Below are positions 25,621 through 40,320 of a DNA stretch of 64,000 nucleotides, piece after piece. The first letter of the stretch is position 1. The number at the start of each line of letters is the position of its first letter. A model generated the notes under the pieces. The model was not told the DNA's origin and ran no database searches. It saw nothing but the letters and a program-made list of their open reading frames with translations. This stretch comes from Gnetum montanum (lineage: Eukaryota; Plantae; Gnetophyta). The stretch covers positions 727,731-791,730 of the forward strand of contig MNCI01000520.1 in the NCBI GenBank assembly GCA_015680685.1, in the 5' to 3' direction. Both the position numbers and the translations under genes were made by a program.

Positions 25621-25789
25621 GTTATGAAAAGAAAATCTGCAACTGACAAGTGTTTACATCATATATGATATTGGGTAAATATCCTCAAGAATTTGGTCTT
25701 TGAATATAATTTTAATATATAGGTAAGTATCCAGCATTTATATTCAATAATTATCTTTGAGGCTTACGTTTCATTTTTTTTTAAGAAAT

Positions 25790-26420
25790 ATAATCGGTTA
25801 TAAAATTAACTTTATGGGATGGCAAATACGTTTCAAATGTAAATGTCTTTCTAACGCGGTTAATCGCATTGCTTTGATGGCTTCTTCTGTGCGCAGCTTT
25901 CTCCTGTGATTTGTGCTATTTCTCTCCACCGAACTGCTCCGTTCGTTATTTTGCTGCCATCGCTCTGCCTTGGATTGGCCTGAGGTCGCGATTGCCACCG
26001 CCGTTGGTTTGTTGCTGACATCACTGGAACCCTGACGCTGCTCTGCTGCCGCCATCTCCACATCTTCCGCATCCGCCATGGCTAGGTGTCATCTATTGAA
26101 CCCCCACAAACACGATTGCAGTTGGAACAGCTTCTACACGTAGCTTGACATCAGTTACTAATTTACTCATATTAATGGTGAAATGACTTGAATCTGTGAA
26201 CCCTCGGCAATGGTGTCTTGCCCCTATTCGTGGACAGCGTCCAAGTCCGGCGCATTTGTATTTTTGTTTTGTAGTTTTTGCTGGTAACCATCCAGAATCG
26301 CAGGCATAAGCGTAGGCATGGCAACCAGCTGCATTCTAACCTTGCTTCATTCGTCTTCAGTAGTCTCTGGCCAAGAAATTAGGCTCACTATGGAAACAGA
26401 ACAAAGAAACCCTTTGCGGC
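25790..26420. other. CpG-rich, gene-5'-end-like segment
   Basis: Many intact CpGs, unlike the flanks; GCCATGGC at 26074-81 gives a good-context ATG on both strands; 93-aa minus ORF 25798-26079. Confidence 0.35.
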
Positions 26421-26694
26421 AAGTGTTTGACAAAATTTTGAAAGGAATATGAAGTGTTTGACAACATGATTGACCCTCCTTGAAATAACATGTTTAATGT
26501 ATCTATGATTTGCTAAGATCTAAAACTAGTATGCACATGGCCTGTTGAAGCTTGAAATTGGCACAAAAATGTTTGCCTTCCATAGCAACTTGATGCATAC
26601 TTAAGTAAATTTCATTACATTATTTTCCCTATTTGTACATATTAACTTCATTAAAATAGGTTCCACTTGATGTTTTTCTAGTTTATTTTTGTAG

Positions 26695-29600
26695 GAACAT
26701 GACATGGCTATGCACAAGTAGATTTTCTCAACTTTGGTCCTCACAAGGCCTCATGGCCACATTAAGCGATGCATTAACCCTTATTGCCTAGATGTCGAGC
26801 CTATAGCCTACAATGAGTACATAGCATTTGTAGAAGCACCACTAGATTGGTCTAACCATCTAGTTAACGCTCTTAATGTAGAGGCAAGAAACATCACAGA
26901 GAATCCCCTTATCAAAATCCCTATGGCAACACATAACAATGAGGTGAGAATGCTAAAACTAAACTTCTTGATAAAATCCTAGCACACTCAAGGCATCACC
27001 AAGATGCTTAATGATAACATCAAAGAATTTTCATGGTCATACAAGGACATGCCAGGCCTAGATCCTTGACTAGTCCAATACAATATCATCCTTGATTCCC
27101 ACATCAAGATAATTAAACAAAAAGTGCATAAGGTTAGACCTGAGGTGGCATTGGCAGTCTATGATGAGATCACCAAGCTTTACAAAGCTAGCTTCATTTG
27201 GGTTGTTGACTATGTAGATTGGGTCTCCAACATCATAGTTGTGCCTAAGAAAAATAGGAGTATATGCATTTGCATATACTTCTAGGACCTAAATAAGGCA
27301 ACCATCAAAGATAAATTCCCATTGCCCAATATTGATCAATTGATCAATACCATGGCTAGGGATTCCTTATTGTCCTTCATGGATGGGTTCTCAAACTACA
27401 ACTAGATTAGGATCAACCATGAGCACTAGCTTAGTAACACCTTCATGACCCCCTAGGGTAGATTTTGCTACACAATTATTCCTTTTGGACTAAAGAACAT
27501 AGGAGTAGCATACCAATGAGTAGTGACATACATCTTTAGTGATTACATGCTAAGTTTGATTAATGACTATGTGGATGATATAGCAGTTAAGCCCAAAGTG
27601 GCCCACAACCATGCAAATGGCTTAGACTTGGTGCTTAAACATTGTGTAAAACATGAGCTTAGGCTAAACCCTAAGAAGTATGTTTTTAACATTAGAATGG
27701 ATATGATGCTTAGATTTGTAGTATCCAAAGCAAGTATATGTGTAGATCCCAACAAGGTTAATGCCATAACCAACTTAGTGCCACCAGTTAACCTTATGAG
27801 GGTTATAAGGAAGAATACAATTCATAGGCAGATTTATTTCCTAGTTAACTGACAAGTTACAACCAATGTAACGTTTGCTCAAAAAATGAGCCCACTTTGA
27901 GTGGACAACTTAGTGCTAATAAGCATTTGACAGCATTAAGTAAGATCTAGCAAGGTTCACCCCCCATAAGAAGATAAGCCTTTTTACATCTACCTTACCA
28001 CTTCTGACAAGTCCATCACTTCTTTACTTTGCCAAAAGTCAGATAATAGCATAGAAGTCTTGGTCTGCTACTTAAGCCATGCATTAGTAGCTCATGAAAT
28101 GGGATACAATGATGTGGAGAAGTATTTCCTTGCCCTAGTCTTCTTACTAAAGAAGTGAAGGCATTACCTCTTTCGCAGCTAGGTTAGCATCATTTTCAAG
28201 AACAATGTACTCCAAGCTATAACAACAAATATCTATGAAAGTAGTCACATTGCACAATCAAAAGTAATAACAATAGATTTTAACCTACATCGTGTTGCAC
28301 AAGCCTTAACGAAAGGTCAAGCAATAGCCACAAAACTCATTACGTCACCACTAGATGATCAAGCTATTATAGACCCTGAGTTCCCAAATAAGCACGTTAT
28401 TAGTATTGGCCAATTGCCTAACTATGAGACACTCCTACATTTTGATGAAGCTTCAACCTCTTGAGTGGGTAGCACCATTACTATGATCACATTTCCCTCT
28501 AGGGAGATCTAACCCTTCACATATTGTTTCACATTTCCTTACACCAACAACATAGTAGAGTACAAAGGTCTCTTCCAAGGCATCCTTGTAGCATGCAACC
28601 TAGGATCCAATGCATGGTGGTTCAAGGTGATTCACAACTAGTGGTCAAGTAGGTAATATAAGTTTATACCTATAATGCATAACATTTACAACCTTATTAT
28701 GACTTGGCAAAACACTTGCTCCAAAAATTTATAATTGCTTATGTCCAACATGTTCCCCTAAGCAAAAATGTCATTACTGACATGCTTGCAACATTAGAAC
28801 TTAGCATAGTACCTAACATGTTCAATGCATTTGCCCATCATGGTGGTACATTGCATTACACCTATCACAAAAATCAACAAAGGCACATCCATAGCCACAA
28901 TTAGCACCACCCACACATAAGAGTGGTGTGATGATATCAAGGTATTCCTTCTACAAGGTGAGCCCCCACAACACTTAATTGCTGCTCAAAAGGATGTAGT
29001 ATGTAAACATTCATGGAATTACATCATTGTAGGTAATAACACATTATGTATTAGATCCTACAATGGCATACTTCTAACTTGCATAAGTGAAGATGAAGCA
29101 AAAAAATCATTGAGTAGGTCCACAAAGGACTGTGTAGAGGTCACATAACACCTAGGAAAATGGCAACAAAAATTAGATGGCTAGGCCTTTATTGGCCTTA
29201 CATGGAGAGTAGTTGTGTCTTGAAAGTCAAGACGTTCAACACTTGTCAATGACATGGAAACTTAATTCTTGTGCCACCAACTAAATTATATACAATGCAA
29301 ATCACATGGAAATTCCAATGCTGGGGCCTAGACATTATTAGACCCATAACGCCTAAGTCCTCCATAGGGCATAACTTCATAATAATTGCAATGGAGTATG
29401 TTACAAAGTGGGTCAAAGATATTTCCCTTAGGAAGATGGCATTGTAGCAGGTTTGTGAGTTCATGTTAGATAACATAGTGACCTATTTTGGCTTGCCCAT
29501 GACCATAGTGATGGGAAACAACTCGTAGTTTAGAAGCACTGAAACCAAAGCCTTATGGGAGAACTTTGGCATCAAGCACTTTTTTTCATCTCCATACTTC

Positions 29601-30164
29601 CCTTAGGCAAATGGCCAAGTGGAGGCCACTAACATGATCATCATCAACCTCCTCAAGAAGATGCTAAGTAACAACAAATGATGATAGAATGACCAACTAG
29701 TGTATTCACTTTGGGCCTACCACACTATGCATCAAACAGTAATAGGTATGACATATTATAGCCTTGTTTATAGATCTAAAGTAGTTTTTCCACTTGAATT
29801 GTAAGTTTCATTGCTCTAAGTAATACTCTTAGGCTTCATTGACAAAGATCAAAACAATGAATTGAGAATTGTAGACTTCGACTCAATAGAGGAGGAGCAC
29901 ATGCGTATGCTTGATCATATCGAGTGGTATCAAGAAAGGTAGTGGCAAAAGCATCATCACAACTAGTAGTAGCGCTCGATCAAGAAAAGGGACCTAGTCC
30001 TCAAGATCATTTGTGAACCTATAGATAAATTCTTAACCAATTGAGAAGGGCCTTTCCTTATCACTAAGGCCTATGATAATGGAGTATTCAATCTCACTGA
30101 TCAAGATGGAAATGTGTTTGCCAATCCTATAAATCATTCACACCTAAATCTGTACTACATCTAG
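26695..30164 (+). pseudogene. pol: pol (RT-RH-aRH-INT) of B1
   Basis: FSWSYKDMPGLDP, MDGFSNYN, YVDD, LNPKK, LHFD..TNNIVEY, integrase core and GPF tail. Confidence 0.95.
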
Positions 30165-31396
30165 CATAGTGTGGTCCACTATGATGGTAAACTAGCATAG
30201 TGTGGTCCAAGTAGTCTACTAGAACCTTAAACTAGTAATACAATGGTCTATGAAGACCTTAAATTAGGTTCATGATCAGTCACTAATAATTCTTTTCATC
30301 CTTCTACAAGCAAGTGAGTGAGCATAACCCTTGCTCTCCTTCTACATCAAGTAAGCGAGTACACTACTAACCTATGCAACCTATGTAGTTGATATGGCCT
30401 CCTACATTTTATCACCTATGGTCCAATTGCACTTATCTATTTTGTGGTTTTCTTTCCTCCTTAGAGTTTTGTTTGCAGGATGAGGCGATCATGCAAAGGA
30501 ACATCTCATCATAGCAGAAAGTCACCACATTACTTTGATGTGCCTAATTGGACTAGCTACACCTCTTAAGACTGCAAATCCCTACTATCCCATTATAGCC
30601 TAGTCACATCCACTCCTATATCCTAATATCCTTTCATTCCTTGCATAGCAAAGATTGTAAAATATTTGATGTTCACATGTTGTCACCATGTGGCATCCTC
30701 CTTAACTCAAACTACAAAACCCAAAGTGGATGTAACATAAGTTATCCCATGGGAAGCCTCTATTGGCTAGGCAAGGCCTAGGTAGATGTAACAAAAGTCA
30801 TCCCAGGGAGGAAACACCTATTGTGTGGTTATGCAAATACCAAAGTAAAGCCCATCTAGTGACATGCAACCCACTTGATGTAAATCACCTCATAGCAAGC
30901 ATTTAGCAACATGTAGAGCCCAAAGTAGGTTCACCTTGTAGTAAAAAGTAAAAATAAAAAAGAGAAAAGAAACTAAAAAAAATTGAAAGAAAAGAGCATG
31001 TCCCCAAGTAGCCTAGTAACACTACAATTTTGCAACTAGTTCAGCCATGAATCCACACCTTGACTCTCTTACAAGCACTCTGAAAAGATGTGAGAATTCT
31101 CAAGGGCAAGCCACACTGGTTTCATGGTTACCATTAATGATGAATTCCTCACATTATAACATCCTATTCACACTTCATCTTCCATTTTACCCTTAACACA
31201 TCACTTATATCTTTTACTCTTGCATCTCACCTACCATCTAGCATACCACTCTCACAACACTCTTGCACATATTGTAGTGACATTCAACCACACATTAAAG
31301 AGAAATGTTGGTGCCAAGCTTACTATGGTGTTTTACTATTTTTTTTTTTTGATGTTCCTTAGGCCATTCCTCTAGACATCAACAAAGAGGAGCCAA

Positions 31397-32780
31397 TGAA
31401 ACACCACCAAATCTAGACAACAGCATCTCAACTGCAAATTTTTATAAGTGTTGGGACTACACTCTCCACTACCCGAGAGCATAGTTAGCCTCTAGTGGAG
31501 AGCATAGTTAGCAAAAGGATAGGTTTTTCACAAGTTATGGTAATTCTTAAGACTACACTCTCCACCAACCAGAGCATAGTTAGCCTTTAGTGGAGAGCGT
31601 AGTCAGTAGATGACCATTTTTTACAACTTCTTTCCTAAGTGTGGGACTATGCTCTTCTCTAGTCTAGAGTGTAGCTAAGTGTGGTTAGTAAGAAAAGCCT
31701 CCAATAGCCTCCATAGTGTAGCAAAATCCCTTAGCTCAACTCCAACTCATCTTTGGCAAGCATAGTTAGAAAAATGCTTCTTTTTGTATCTCCCTTTTTA
31801 GCCCCAAAATTGCAACTATGCTCGACACCACATGAGAGTATGAAGAGTGTAGTCTCAGAGCGTAGTCTTCAAGTTGCATTTTTCAAATACCTTGCAATCT
31901 TCTTGGCACAAACATGAAGTTGGTAGTGTAGTCACAGTCTCACAGAGTTTGGTAGAACATAACAAAGCACAACACCACTTGCCCAGTGGAGAGCATAGTT
32001 GGACGAGAGTGTAATCCCAACCATTCCCTTCGCCATGTGGTAGTCATCTTGCATTTTTCACTAACCCTAAACCTATAAACACCCATGTCATCAATGTTTT
32101 TAGGATTTGCAAATTTTTGAGCTGGTTGATTTTTGGCATGAGCAAATATAAGGAGTGCTTAGGAGAGGACCAAAGGCATATTGGTGAATTTGTAGACCAC
32201 CACAGTCCATCAGAATACTACAGCCAATGGTACACTATGGTAGCTAACCTAGCAGATGTAGACACCATGGTGGAGCACTAGTATTAATGGCTAAACACCT
32301 TTGAGACTTTGAGTATACTATACACTACACCTATTGTACACCATTTACCTTCTAACCCCCTTTGGTATTAACTACACTCAACTCCATTTGGGATGGTGTT
32401 CTACTTCTCTCTTTCTCTCTTTCTTTGCATTTTTCGCACTTGCATTTTTCATTATTTTACCACATAGCTATGCCAAATACTATGCTTGGGTGGCAGTCTA
32501 CATGTGTTGGCACCACTTACTTTGTCAAAATGCTTGACTACACTTGACCCCAATGACACTGTTAACACCATAAACACCGCTTACACACTTAGCACTACTT
32601 CACATCAACACAACGGCCAACCACTCTACACCCCCATTGCATCTAGTGAGTCCCTGTTTGATGGCTAGACCATTTAGGGCATCCCATATCCACCTCTAGA
32701 AGTCCCTCACATGGATTCAGGATTAGGCTATGCACCCATGGACCTCAGTGTTTCAACTATCAATGTTTTAAGTCGTAATA
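31397..32780 (+). repeat. 3' LTR of B1 (~1.38 kb)
   Basis: Follows PPT AAAGAGGAGCCAA; TATA CCTATAAAC ~32071; GACTACACTCTCC/GGAGAGCGTAGT motifs; colinear with 62591-63976. Confidence 0.85.
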
Positions 32781-34024
32781 CCCCTTACCTCTTTGGTAGG
32801 CATGTTTAGCTTCTTTCCACATCTTGTAGTTGTGATCACTATTCTACTCTTTGGATTCTTCATAAATCTTCATAGCATTTTGGAATTTTTCATCCAAAGA
32901 GTCACATAGCTTATCAAGATTTGTTGAAATATCATAAATAGATTTTTGGATGGGCAAAGTTTTCCTATTCATCACCTCATCAAGTGATGTCTCCTCCTCA
33001 TCCCTTTTCCTTGATGGAAGGGTCCCTATTATATTCTTCTACACTTTACCTCTTTTGCAACTCACCTTCTTCTTTTTCTACCTACTCTACCAACCTTTGG
33101 ATATGATGCGCTCTTAGTTTGAACAATCTCCATTGGGCATAAACCTCAAAAGTTCTTCTTGTTTCTGCTTTAAGCCCATCTATGATGTGGTAGAGTTGTT
33201 TCTTCTAAGAATAACCATGGCTAGGGCATTGATCTAAGAAGGAATAATATCTACTCATGGTGGCATCCAAGGCTTCATGTATTCCCTATTTACAACCTTG
33301 GATTTGCCTTCTCAAATTAGACACTCTAAAGTATGTCTGGTATTAGTCATTAAATAGTTCTAGAATGATACTCCATCTATGAATGGATTCTAGTTTCAAG
33401 TACTAGTACTAGCTTTCTACCTCTTTGATGAGTGTCTTGGGAAATATCTTCAATTTATTCTAGTCATTTTCTATGTTTTATAAGGCACAAGCACCATGAA
33501 AGGCTTGTAGATGATTTTGCAGACTAGAGTTATATCCTTCCTCAAATCTTGGAATATTGTTCATTTCTAAGAGCTTGATTTGACTATCTCGCACATGCCT
33601 AGTTAGAATTTTCATAGCTTCTACAATATTTAACATGCTTTGGATTTCCAATAAAAGCTCATCATCATCATTATGTTGTTGTTGCTGATGATGTCCTCTA
33701 TTACCCCTTCATTCATTGTGGGCTTGATGATTAGTAGTATTGTCTAGTTGTTCACCTCCATCATGGTTGTTCCTTCTATGGCATTTTTTAGAACCAGAAG
33801 AGGAGGAAGAAGAAGATGCAGCTAAAGAGGATGAAGAGGGAGGACAATTACCACCAGCATGGTATTGACCGACTTCCCTTTAGTTATCATATTCATCATT
33901 TTTCTTATCATCTTGATGCTTGTTCGAGCCCTTGCCTTAATTGCCATCATCACCTAAACCTACATCCTTGATAGTGGACTATAGATTCAGGGCCACACCC
34001 CCATCACCAGTAATGAGGGGTGGA
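32781..34024 (-). mobile_element. Athila-like gag remnant with putative PBS and a few bases of 5' LTR end; host of the B insertion
   Basis: Minus translation IPRFEEGY..HLQAFHGAC..KLKIFPKTL..SRYYSFLDQCPSHGY is homologous to gag of C; TAATGAGGGGTG at 34011 matches the LTR terminus; adjacent TGG-starting PBS-like tract (tRNA not assigned). Confidence 0.8.
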
Positions 34025-34309
34025 GAATTTTCTTTTTGAAAGCCCCAAAGGAGGGGTCCTCATTCACTTGGCATATAAAACAACATCTTATAATAATTTA
34101 TTAATCCTGATCCACCATCCTTTCTTTTTGAAAAGTGCAAATTTCCCACGTAACATGACAATATCCTTTTCTAGAATGGTTGCGAATCTAAAGAAAATTT
34201 TCATAAGTTGGTTAATGTGACAATATGAATAAATACTAGAAGTCCAAAATGAAGAATAATACCCATCAGTAGCTTGAATGATATACTTACAAATAATAAA
34301 ATCACTAGT

Positions 34310-35182
34310 TGATGAGGGGTGAAAGGTACCCCTACTTCCAACTATATGAATCACGAATTTTTCATGTGGGATCTAGTTGAATTCTATGGACTCTATAGTT
34401 TTTTAGTGCACTAGTTTTCTAGGAAGTAAACTGGGCATTGAGAACATTTGTTTTCTTCCCAACTACACTTTTGAAGGTCAAGGGTAAGGTTTAAGTGTAA
34501 CTAAGGCACATGATTCTTATCATTTTATATTTTATGGTTTTGGTGCCTAAAATAAATAGGATAAACAATAAAGTAACTTAATATCTACTTTAATCTAATG
34601 GTCTAACTATTATTTAACTAGCCCTTACATAAGTATCTAGTCCCACTTGTCGTACACATCGTAAACACATATAATGTTGCTGGGTTACTATGTGTTAAGC
34701 ACTACTAGAATTACTAAACATCATACTCATGCTCAAAGTGGTCATACTTATGTATTTACTTAATTACTATTTAGTTGATCTTGCTTGATTACTTAATTAG
34801 CTTAATTACTAAAGAACATTGAATTTATCTAGAATGTTGCATGGTTTATCAAGAAGCTCATCTTTATTGCTGCACATACTACCGTGCTTGGGTAAAATAG
34901 TGCTCAAATAAAGATTTGTACACTAAATGACTCTTGTTGCGAGCACTCAAGAAAATATTATAACTTTTGAATGTGAAAACCACAAGAGCTTTGCTACAAG
35001 TATGACAAGACATATCCAAAACATGAAGGGTTGACATGTATTTATAGGCAAGAATATGCCTTGCATTGATGGGGCCATGTCAACACATCAAATGATGTGT
35101 CTACAAGGCCTAGTTAATGTAGCCTAGTCAACTGGGCCTAGTCGATGAGGCCTTGTCGACACAGCCAATCCACAACTCATCA
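34310..35182 (-). mobile_element. Solo LTR (Athila-like family, related to 42834-43756)
   Basis: TGATGAG...CTCATCA termini; TSD CTAGT/CTAGC; homologous along its length to the LTR at 42834. Confidence 0.85.
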
Positions 35183-36559
35183 CTAGCCATTGAAAGCTTC
35201 TTCTCCTTCCACTTAATAAGTTTTTATTTAACTTTTTTATTATAACATCTCATAAAGTTTTTAAAGATCAACTAAAGAAAAAGAAAATTCCTAATAATTG
35301 AAAAACATTTGCCTATTTTAAGAAATGCTAAGATTTAGAAAAAGCTCATTCTTGACCCTCTTATTGCAAAAGATAGAAGATTTGGACAAATTAATCTAAG
35401 AGCTTGAAAGTCTACTATATTGATCAACATGATAAAAAAGATGATCTACAACATCTTTATTATTTTTTTTCATAAGAAATAAATCATCAAAAAAATACAT
35501 ATTTAATAACATAGGAACATTATTTTTCATAAAGATGCCTTGTAGTAAATTATGTTCCTGGTCTTTTTGTATAGAATGACATAAAAAATATGTGGCAAGG
35601 AGGAAGAGATAATGAACTATAAAGTTATAATTGGATTATTTATCTTGCAGTGTACATATATTACCATTATTTCAAACTTCCAACACCCCTAGACTATCTA
35701 ATCCATTGATTTATTTAAATTATTGATTATGTTAGATTTTTATGGACCATTAATCACATTGAATTATCTCATCTATTGATTTTAATTTTATTTATTTGAA
35801 ACATTTCTACAAAATCATAAATCCTAATTGTGATATATAAAAGAAAACTTCCTATTTCTCTTTGTGTATTGGTCAATTATTTTCTATTAAAAATAGTGAT
35901 ATTACTATTTCTTGACATCAAGATAGAATCAACTGGAGATTTCAAAGATAGGATTATCCTATTTACAATCATGTTGAAGATGTTCTTTCTAACTCTAGGG
36001 CTATTCAAATGCATATTGATACTCACTGGCATGGACAATGGTTTTGGCATCATGAATGTCCTTTGTATTCTCTTTGAGTGTCTAAAGCTAAATATTTTTT
36101 TCACTTAAATAATTTTCATTACTCCACTTTAGACATAAGGTGGAATATGAAATGGGAGAATCATCATCAAGAATTTATTTTACATATAGTTTGGAGCTCA
36201 AAGGCCTAACCAAAGCATCAATTTATTCTTTGGTTCTTGATTCATCATGGTCTTCCCATAGGACATAGGCTTCACCTCTTAGAATTTAAGTGTTCTAGAT
36301 GTGCTATTTTTCAAACAAAGGATTCATTCACTCATTTTCTAGGAGTATTGATGTTCTAAAAAATTTGGCATTAGTACCATTCCCTTTAAATTTTTCATTA
36401 GAATTGGTGTGTTACATTTCTTTATTGCATTTTAAAATATGAATAAATTATTTAGCACTCTTAGAAGGTTTGGAATATCTTGCTTCTTAAAATTATTTTC
36501 TTCATATGGAAATGCAAATTAAATGCATGGTACTAAAACATGAGATACACTACTTTTAG

Positions 36560-39500
36560 GAAGTTGGAACCTTGAAATAATTGTAATATAGGTACACCTA
36601 AAGATATATAGTTCAATTAGAATTTTATAACTCAACATTGTCCACCATCAAACCTATGACCTGGAGCTTTTAAATCAAGAGTCTTACTTCAATGCCATGT
36701 GAAAAGCTTAAAAATAATATAATGTTCTTTTGATAAGTGTGAATTGTCAATGTTAAGTTTTAGTATCAATTGTTCCAAGGGGTATGATTTTCTTTGCTAT
36801 TTTCTAGTTACATGTGACTTGGGAGGTCACTTTATAATCCTTGGGCTTTGTTAAGGTTTATTAAACCATCCCTCTAGCATCCCCCACATGATACATACCA
36901 CTCCTACTTTTCCACCATAGTCCTCCATTCCCCCACCCCCACCCCACCACTCACCAAATAAAAAAAAATTCAAAACTTTGTACTTTGATTGAGAAGTTTT
37001 TGCTACCACTATTAGCCTTATGTCTTGAATCTTATAGAGCTTCAAACTTGAAACCTTTATGTTATTCAAGATCTTTGATGTTTAGGAAATCATATGTTTT
37101 CTTGGCTTTTAGCATTACATCTTTCATATCATTTTTTTTAACTCTATGAGATCATTTCTTATTTGAGGAAGCATTGGATTTTTCCTACATATCTCCTATG
37201 TAAATAAAAAAAGTACCAGTGATACTAGGAGAAAGAGAAATTATTACGGTAGTGCTTGAGGAAGTCTAGATAGAAAACTTAATATGTCTATGTTATGGTG
37301 GTTCTTGAGGAAGGTCTAGGTGTAAATGCTAGACCTTTATTTGGATATCACATTGGAAGTGGTCTAAGAATCTTTGTTGTGATTATTTGAGATTATGAAT
37401 TTAAGCATGCTAGTTTTGGATGTAACTTGGGATATTAGTTCTTGATGTAACTCTAATGATTAGGTTATGAAAAAAAATATTTTTAAGGATTAAGTGAAAA
37501 TTTTCTCATGTTTTTTTTTTTTTTGAAGGGGATGATTTCAAAACCTAAAACAATGAGGTGTTAGCCTAGTGATGACTCTTAATTTGAAAGATCCAACTTA
37601 AAATTGTAATTTTGATGGATAATAATAAGTTATAGAGCTCTAATTATACTATATATCCTAGGGTGCATCTATATTATAATTATTCTAGGGTTTCAACACC
37701 ATCCCCTCATAAGTATGTTTCAACCTGAAACATTTTTTTAACAATATTAAACCCCAAGATATTTAGTCAAATAAAAATTTTATAACTTAATTTTATCCAC
37801 TAAAATTTAAACCATAACTTAGAGTTACCAAATTAAGAGTCTTACCACTAGATTAACAGTTCATTGTTACTAAGAAATATAGCCAAAATGATGCATTACA
37901 TAGAGATGTATGCATTAGTTAGAGCACATAATTTGTGGGTTACAATTCATAGTCTTGATTACATCAAGTATGCTATCCAACACATCATTATGTTTTGCTT
38001 AATTTCTACAAAAGTTTTGTGTTGGCTATATGTCCTGAAGGTACATATAGTCACTTGGTTTGAATTTGGACATTTCCCTTCTCCCCACAACATACATATT
38101 GATAATAGAATGATTTTTCATCTCAATTGGGCTTTTATTACCTTAAAAGTTTTACTTCTAAGTTAACCTAGTGAAAATAATTTTGTTTTGAAAACTCTAA
38201 GTTATGGGTTTAATTCCAGTGGGTAATGCCAAGTTATGAAATTTCTACTTAAGTTCTATAAAAGTGTCATGCTGGATTTATATTCTAGGAGTACATATAG
38301 TCATCTAGTTCTAGTTTTGATCAATCATTTCACCTTCCCTAAAAATCAATTTTTCTTTTTAAAATTATTTATAAACTAATCTTAAATAGTATTCCATGTA
38401 ACATAAATAAACAATAAATAAATGGATACATTTATCCATTAAAAATGTGCAATTTTTATATGGGTGAATACATTCCACAACCAATGTTAAGAATTTTATA
38501 TAAGATAAAACATGGGTTTAAGCCTAGGAGAAGCCACTTGAAGAGGTTATGCTTTTAGTGATCCATCAATCCTTTCAAAATCCTACTTAGCAAGATGAGC
38601 ATTAAGAATTTAAATGATGGTCCATTTTTAGAAATAGAAAAAGAATGTATAATGTGTGAATAGCACATGGTATGATAAAACATGTAGATAGAACCAACCC
38701 AATATCTATAGGACAAGATTAAGAGTAGACATTCTTTATGAAGAATATAAATGAATTAAGTTGATGTAAACATAATATTAGGAAATTTTTATGATGAAAA
38801 CATCAATTTATGTAAAAAATACATTATGAAAGACCAATCCATAAAGGATAACAAATGGAACCAAATTAGTCTATATGAAAAAATGGTTGATGAGAGAAAT
38901 TTACATAAAGGACAAGATTCTAAGAAGGAAACATTTAACTTGGATAATTGAAGATGACAGAAATAGATGAATGATTATATTATTAACTTGGTTTTGTAAA
39001 AGACCACCAAGAAGAGTGGTAAGAACTAACCAAAGAGAGTTGAAAGAACAAATAAGAAGCCTTAGATGAAGAAGTAATATATACCATCCACTTTTTGAAA
39101 TTGAGATGAAAAGTTCTAACATAGAGAATTTTTGCTAACTATTGAAAAAAAAGATCATATACGATTGTATAGAGAATAGTATAATGATGAACCCATGGAG
39201 GCAAACATACTGATTCATGAGTCAAATACATTAACCTTATTGCTTATAAATGAGAAGAACTAGATTCATCAATGTACATATAGTGGGTAAAATCAAATGT
39301 GTAAACCTATTGTATTAATTTAGGAATGCATGAATATATGTAATACAATTCTAGAAAGGAAAATATCCAAGCCTCATAAACAATTAAGCATTAGCTTGTT
39401 GGTAAGAGTTTTAACATGGAAATAATATGTCATAGGTCAATTTCAATAGCTAATGTCAAGTTATGTATTAGAAAAATTCTATAAAGACTGGGTAAGGGTG

Positions 39501-40320
39501 TTGAAACCCAAAATAATAAGTATATACCAAGACATATAGCCAAAAGAACACATTAGAAGAACTATAGAAAAATATAACAATACCTCAAATATGACTCGAA
39601 TTAACAAATTATTATCTATTAAGATAATGAGCTAATTATTTAAGCCATCTATCATTGTCTCTAGGGGGTGTTAGAATCTAAAATAATTGAAACATAGATA
39701 CATCCCAAGATTTATAGAAGTTTATAAGAATGTTGAAACATGAAATAAGTGAAACATAGATACACCCCAAGATATAACTTAATATAACTCATGATTTCCC
39801 ACTGAAATCAAACCCATGACATGGAGCTTCCAAATCACGTGTCTTACCACTAGGCTAACGCCTCATTGTTAAATATCATTGGCTTTAGATCCAAGAGGGC
39901 CTTAGTGGTTGTAAGTAAAAATTTAGTTTTAATATTTTAGAGGGGTGTTGAGATCCTTTCTAAAATAGTTATAAAATATTCTAATTAGAACTTTATAACT
40001 TAGCATTATTAGCCACAATTGAACCCATGACTTAGAGCTTTTAAATTAAGAGTCTAACCACTAGGCTAACACCTAATTGTTAGTTTTAATATTTTAATTT
40101 CTATTTATAGTCTCACAATTTCATTATTGCTAAAGTTAATGAGTAAACCTTAACTTTTCAATTCTCACCTAAAATCTCATATTAATCCTATCATTTCCCT
40201 TTAAGGTTTAGTAAAAACATAATCACCACAAACTAGAAAACAATAAGGTGTTAGCTTAGTTTTAACTAAGAGGTTAACTACCAGTCATATATTGATAATG
40301 CTAAATAATATTTCATTTAT
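36560..40320. repeat. Cluster of about 8 tRNA-like (SINE-like) repeats in both orientations
   Basis: Consensus AACAATGAGGCGTTAGCCTAGTGGTAAGACTCTTGATTTGGAAGCTCCAAGTCATGGGTTCGATT with A-box- and B-box-like motifs; copies near 36610-36695(-), 37550(+), 37780-37868(-), 38160(+), 39380(+), 39785-39870(-), 39980-40082(-), 40240(+). Confidence 0.65.

Larger units (their letters stand above)
10121..32780 (+). mobile_element. Ty3/gypsy Tat-clade LTR retrotransposon, family B copy 1 (interrupted by A and C and by gapped inserts)
   Basis: Colinear with 50110-63976: protease region, antisense cassette, pol, 3' UTR, LTR. Confidence 0.9.

Noticed and set aside
35200-39300. Endogenous caulimovirid
   Set aside because: AT-rich and coding-like, but I found no movement protein, coat-protein zinc knuckle, RT or RNase H motifs
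39785-39870. Functional tRNA gene
   Set aside because: Acceptor and anticodon stems do not pair; it is one of several degenerate repeat copies
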